This document shows positions 7,078-10,450 of a DNA stretch of 10,450 bases, piece after piece; the first letter of the stretch is position 1, and each line of letters starts with the position of its first letter. The DNA is from Polyangiales bacterium (lineage in GTDB: Bacteria > Myxococcota_A > Polyangia > Polyangiales > Houyiibacteriaceae): NCBI GenBank assembly GCA_045106895.1, contig JBGCFM010000189.1:1-10450 (forward strand), written 5' to 3'. The position numbers and the translations under genes are program-made. The notes under the pieces are model-generated. The model was not told the origin of the DNA. It did no database searches and saw nothing but the letters and a program-made list of their open reading frames with translations.

Positions 7078-7893
7078 CTACTGACGGAGAAGGCTCTTCA
7101 CGTTGTCTGCGGTGATGCGCTCACCATCCGACTCCAGGAAGTAGAGGCGCTCCATGAAACGGTCCAGCTCGCGAAAGTTCCCGTGCCACGGCTGCGCCAT
7201 GAGCAGGTCGGATGCTTCGCGTTCGAGGACAACAGCGTTCTCGTCGACTTCGCCTTCTGGTGAAACAGGGCGGCCAACGCCGTGATCATCGAGGATTCGA
7301 TTCAGAGCCCAGAGCGCGGCGCGAGGAACATCCGAGGGGCGCTCGCGAAGGGCGGGGAGCGTGAGCTCAAGCCGCGACAGGCGGTAGTAGAGGTCGTGCC
7401 TGAACTGACCGTCACGGACCAGCGTCGGCAAGCTGTGATCCGTGGCTGCCATGACAGTGACGTTGCACGGCTGCGGTGCTTCGTCGTCGTTGCGACGGTA
7501 ACGTCCGCGGATCACCGGGCTTAGGCGCGCTTGAATCTCTCGCGGCAAGGTGCCGACCTCGTCGAGGAAGAGCGTGCCGCCTTCGGCGCGGGCGATGGCG
7601 CCACGACGTTCGCGGGTACCGAAGAGATGAAGCGCCAGGACATCGGGGTCGCGGCCGCCGGTGGGCATCTTCACGAAAGGCGCCGTGCCGCCGTGCATCG
7701 CTTGGTGAAGCGCGCGAGCGAGGCCTTCCTTGCCGGTTCCCGGCTCGCCATGGATAAGCGCCGAGGTCTTGTAGGGCCGGTCCAACATGCGGTCCATCAC
7801 ATCCAAGATGCGCTGGGAGTCGGGGTGCGGCGCCCGATACATGAGCACGAGTCGGAGCCAATCTCGCAAACCAGGAATCGAAGCAGCGGTCAT
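7078..7893 (-). CDS. Stand-alone sigma54-interaction-type (bEBP-like) AAA+ ATPase domain protein lacking GAFTGA and HTH
   Basis: Walker A GEPGTGKE, Walker B LFLDEV, AATD, arginine-finger FRHDLYYRL, LPALRER, sensor II WHGNFREL. Start placed at ATG 7893 (uncertain; the ORF extends to 7935). Confidence 0.9.
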   Translation of the reverse strand: MTAASIPGLRDWLRLVLMYRAPHPDSQRILDVMDRMLDRPYKTSALIHGEPGTGKEGLARALHQAMHGGTAPFVKMPTGGRDPDVLALHLFGTRERRGAIARAEGGTLFLDEVGTLPREIQARLSPVIRGRYRRNDDEAPQPCNVTVMAATDHSLPTLVRDGQFRHDLYYRLSRLELTLPALRERPSDVPRAALWALNRILDDHGVGRPVSPEGEVDENAVVLEREASDLLMAQPWHGNFRELDRFMERLYFLESDGERITADNVKSLLRQ

Positions 7894-7973
7894 GACCGCG
7901 TTTCTACCAGAATGAGCGCATGATCGGGGGCCCAACGATGGCGATCTTGTCGGGGCGACGGTATGAATGGCGA

Positions 7974-8411
7974 ATGCAGCTGACGCCGGAAGAAGCGCTC
8001 GAGAAGATGGAAGACGATGACTACGCCTACGTGGACGTCCGCTCGATCAACGAGTTTGAGGGCGGTCACCCCGAGGGGGCCTACAATATTCCCCTCAAAC
8101 ACATGCTTCCGGGTGGAATGGCAGCGAACGAGGACTTCGTCGCGGTCCTTGAGGCGACCTTCCCGAAAGACGCGAGGCTCATCGTCGCCTGCAAGGCCGG
8201 CGGACGCAGCAAAGCCGCGAAAGCGCTCCTGGAAGCCGCCGGATACTCGGACGTCTTGGACCAGTTCGCTGGCTTCTCGGGCGCACGGGACCAGTTCGGA
8301 GCCACCCTGGAACCTGGCTGGCAGGCGGCGGGGCTTCCCATCACCATCGAGGCGGAGGATGGACGGGACTACGCTTCGCTCGCTGAGAAGGCCGGCAAAG
8401 TCGCGCCCTAG
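7974..8411 (+). CDS. Single-domain rhodanese-like sulfurtransferase
   Basis: LTPEEA, VDVRSINEF, GHPEGAYNIP, active-site loop CKAGGRS, GWQAAGLP. ATG 7974 fits the usual domain start. Confidence 0.92.
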   Translation: MQLTPEEALEKMEDDDYAYVDVRSINEFEGGHPEGAYNIPLKHMLPGGMAANEDFVAVLEATFPKDARLIVACKAGGRSKAAKALLEAAGYSDVLDQFAGFSGARDQFGATLEPGWQAAGLPITIEAEDGRDYASLAEKAGKVAP

Positions 8412-8462
8412 GACGACGAGATCCCTCGACTGAGCAAGAGAACCTGACTATGGTCCCCGCCC

Positions 8463-9101
8463 ATGAGCCACGACCCTATCTCCTTCTTGAGCGAAACCTT
8501 CCCAGCCCTCTTTGCGAAGGGTGTTGCCCAACTCGAAGCCAAGGCAGCCGCCGGCGACGCGGTCGCTAAGTCGTCCCTTGAGGACGTCAAAGGCGCTGTG
8601 GGTGGTGTGATTCTTCAGGTCGAAGGCGAGGGCGCTGTCTACCTTCGTGCGGACAACGGCCAGATGGTCGTCCTCGACGCGGCTCCCGAGCCCTCGGACG
8701 TGAAGCTCGCCGTCGCCGCTCCTGGCGCCGCACTTCGTATGCTCCTCGGCGAAGCCGCCGACGCTGGCGAACTCGAAGAGTCCAAGGCCGCCAGCCGCGC
8801 CGTTGGAACCGCGAGCAAGCGCCTTCAGGACGCTCTCGGCGCCGACAGCCTTGAGTTTCACCTCGTCGCCACCGACGTGCCGGACCTCGGCGACATCACC
8901 ATCAAGGTCGGCCTCAACGCCCCTGAGCCACCGGCTGAACCAAAGTTCACGGCGACCATCGCATTCCCGGACCTTGAAGCCGCCCGCAACGGCGAGATCA
9001 ACGTCCAGCAGCTCTTCTTGGGCGGCAAGCTCAAGATGACCGGCGACTACTCCAAGGCTCTCCAGCTTGGTATGTCGCTCATGGCGCAGATGCAGCAGTA
9101 G
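8463..9101 (+). CDS. SCP2 sterol/lipid-binding domain protein
   Basis: The C-terminal FTATIAFPDLEAARNGEINVQQLFLGGKLKMTGDYSKALQL matches the SCP2 signature; strong GC3 bias. Confidence 0.85.
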   Translation: MSHDPISFLSETFPALFAKGVAQLEAKAAAGDAVAKSSLEDVKGAVGGVILQVEGEGAVYLRADNGQMVVLDAAPEPSDVKLAVAAPGAALRMLLGEAADAGELEESKAASRAVGTASKRLQDALGADSLEFHLVATDVPDLGDITIKVGLNAPEPPAEPKFTATIAFPDLEAARNGEINVQQLFLGGKLKMTGDYSKALQLGMSLMAQMQQ

Positions 9102-9162
9102 AGTTCTGGAGCCGAGGCGAGAACTCGCGAAGGTGCAGCAGCTCCTGTATCTTCGCAGCTTC

Positions 9163-10047
9163 GTGCTCCGCTTCGCGCTCGTTCTATTGCTCGCTTCATG
9201 TTCGGCCTTTGGGTCGAGCGTCGTCGAGCCACGTGTGCAGCCAGGCGCCCAAACTCCGCAGGCGGGCTCAGAGGATTCCGCGCAGGTGGCCGCGCGAGCC
9301 GCTCCCCAGCCGCCTCAACCGCTGGCATTGAGCGCAAAAGAGGCGGAGCGTCTTGCGGGCCCGAGCCGCGAGCACATCGTCGACAAGTGGCGACCAGACG
9401 CGCGTCGATGTGGCCAGCGTGGGCGTCGGCGCTTCTGTGATGGGCCCCGGCGCGTTCCCGTTTCCGTCGGCCATGAGCGAGAGCGGCGCGACTACCTTGA
9501 GCTTGGGCTTTTGCGAAGCGCCGCCGAGGCGATCCGCGCGAAGGTGCGGCCGCAGTGGCTCGAAGCCATCAAGCAGCTCAACATCGAACCCCCGATGTAT
9601 CCACTCACGTGGCCCGTCGAAGGCGGACGCTTTGGCCGCGGCGTTGGCACAGGCCGCTCGCGCTTTCGTGTTCATCGTGGAGTGGACGTGACGGCGGAGG
9701 TCGGTACGCCAGTCCATGTCGTCGCGTCGGGCCTCGTGCTCTACGCGGACAACGGAGTTCCTGGCTACGGCAACCTTTTGGTCGTGCTCCACGGCGGCGG
9801 GCAGGTGTCGTCGTATGCGCATCTCTCCGAAGTCCGGGTCGCCGCGGGCGCTGTGGTTCGCCGCGGGGACATCGTCGCGCTAAGCGGCAACACTGGAATC
9901 TCCCGCGGACCGCACCTTCATTTTGAGTGGCGCGAGGCGGGCGACCCAGCGGATCCGATGCGTCGCATGTCCGCCGAGCATGTTCCGGCTTGGCTGCTCT
10001 CGCACTTCGAGTCTCACCCGCCGCGTCCGCGCCGCAAACGTCGCTAG
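9163..10047 (+). CDS. M23 family metallopeptidase, predicted lipoprotein
   Basis: LTWPV, HRGVD (HxxxD), GYGNLLVVLH, YAHL, SGNTGISRGPHLHFE (HxH); lipobox LASC. The start is GTG 9163 or GTG 9133; the ORF-track start 9067 overlaps the upstream gene. Confidence 0.92.
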   Translation: MLRFALVLLLASCSAFGSSVVEPRVQPGAQTPQAGSEDSAQVAARAAPQPPQPLALSAKEAERLAGPSREHIVDKWRPDARRCGQRGRRRFCDGPRRVPVSVGHERERRDYLELGLLRSAAEAIRAKVRPQWLEAIKQLNIEPPMYPLTWPVEGGRFGRGVGTGRSRFRVHRGVDVTAEVGTPVHVVASGLVLYADNGVPGYGNLLVVLHGGGQVSSYAHLSEVRVAAGAVVRRGDIVALSGNTGISRGPHLHFEWREAGDPADPMRRMSAEHVPAWLLSHFESHPPRPRRKRR

Positions 10048-10050
10048 CGC

Positions 10051-10450
10051 TCAGACCGCGCTGAACACCCACGGGTAGGTCACAATGGAGATGTTTCCGT
10101 GGGGCGTTGCCGGGAACGTCATCCGGCGCACCACGTCGAGTACGCATGCCTCCGCGGCTTGATGGCGAAGGGTAGAACTTTGGATGTTCGCCGTCGTGAC
10201 CGCGCCGTTTGGGGCGATAATGAACTGCGCCTGGACCCGGCCCTCGAGGTCCGGACGAGACTGGAGCGCTCGTTCGAAACAATGGCGGGTTTCATTCGTG
10301 TGGCGGCGCACGACACGACGGATGAGCGCCGGGTCGAGGGAGCCGCGGACTTCTGGGCCGGAGGAGCGAAGGCGCGGAACCCGGGCCTGTCGGGCGGGCT
10401 CGGACTCAACGCCTCGAACTCGTACACGTGGGCTGCGAGCGTGTCTGCCG
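10051..10450 (-). CDS. AgmX/PglI-type TonB C-terminal domain protein, 3' part (5' end outside the window)
   Basis: The frame is open to the window edge: GRHARSPRVRVRGVESEPARQARVPRLRSSGPEVRGSLDPALIRRVVRRHTNETRHCFERALQSRPDLEGRV..CVLDVVRRMTFP..VTYPWVF; the pattern is typical of myxobacterial TonB-C-like domains with two Cys. Confidence 0.85.
   Translation of the reverse strand, partial: GRHARSPRVRVRGVESEPARQARVPRLRSSGPEVRGSLDPALIRRVVRRHTNETRHCFERALQSRPDLEGRVQAQFIIAPNGAVTTANIQSSTLRHQAAEACVLDVVRRMTFPATPHGNISIVTYPWVFSAV

Noticed and set aside
7052..7088. Inverted repeat tccgtca/tgacgga as a terminator
   Set aside because: 7-bp stem with a 23-nt loop overlapping the stop codon, and no adjacent U-tract.

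Overview
GC-rich bacterial DNA whose gene content (AgmX/PglI-type TonB-C protein, lipoprotein trypsin with PPC domains, M23 lipoprotein) suggests a myxobacterium; this is an inference. Left half (+ strand): a membrane-anchored hypothetical protein with a C-terminal Cys4 motif, a decayed 5' fragment of a membrane-protein gene, a secreted S1 trypsin-like lipoprotein, then two intact tandem paralogous membrane proteins that share a conserved upstream DNA module. Right half: aldehyde dehydrogenase, a small membrane protein and a stand-alone sigma54-activator-type AAA+ ATPase lacking GAFTGA and HTH (- strand); rhodanese, SCP2 protein and M23 peptidase (+ strand); and the 3' end of an AgmX/PglI-like gene (- strand). 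The most notable items are the three-member paralog array, whose first member appears displaced by the protease gene, and the atypical AAA+ protein. No RNA genes, CRISPR arrays or transposases were seen.
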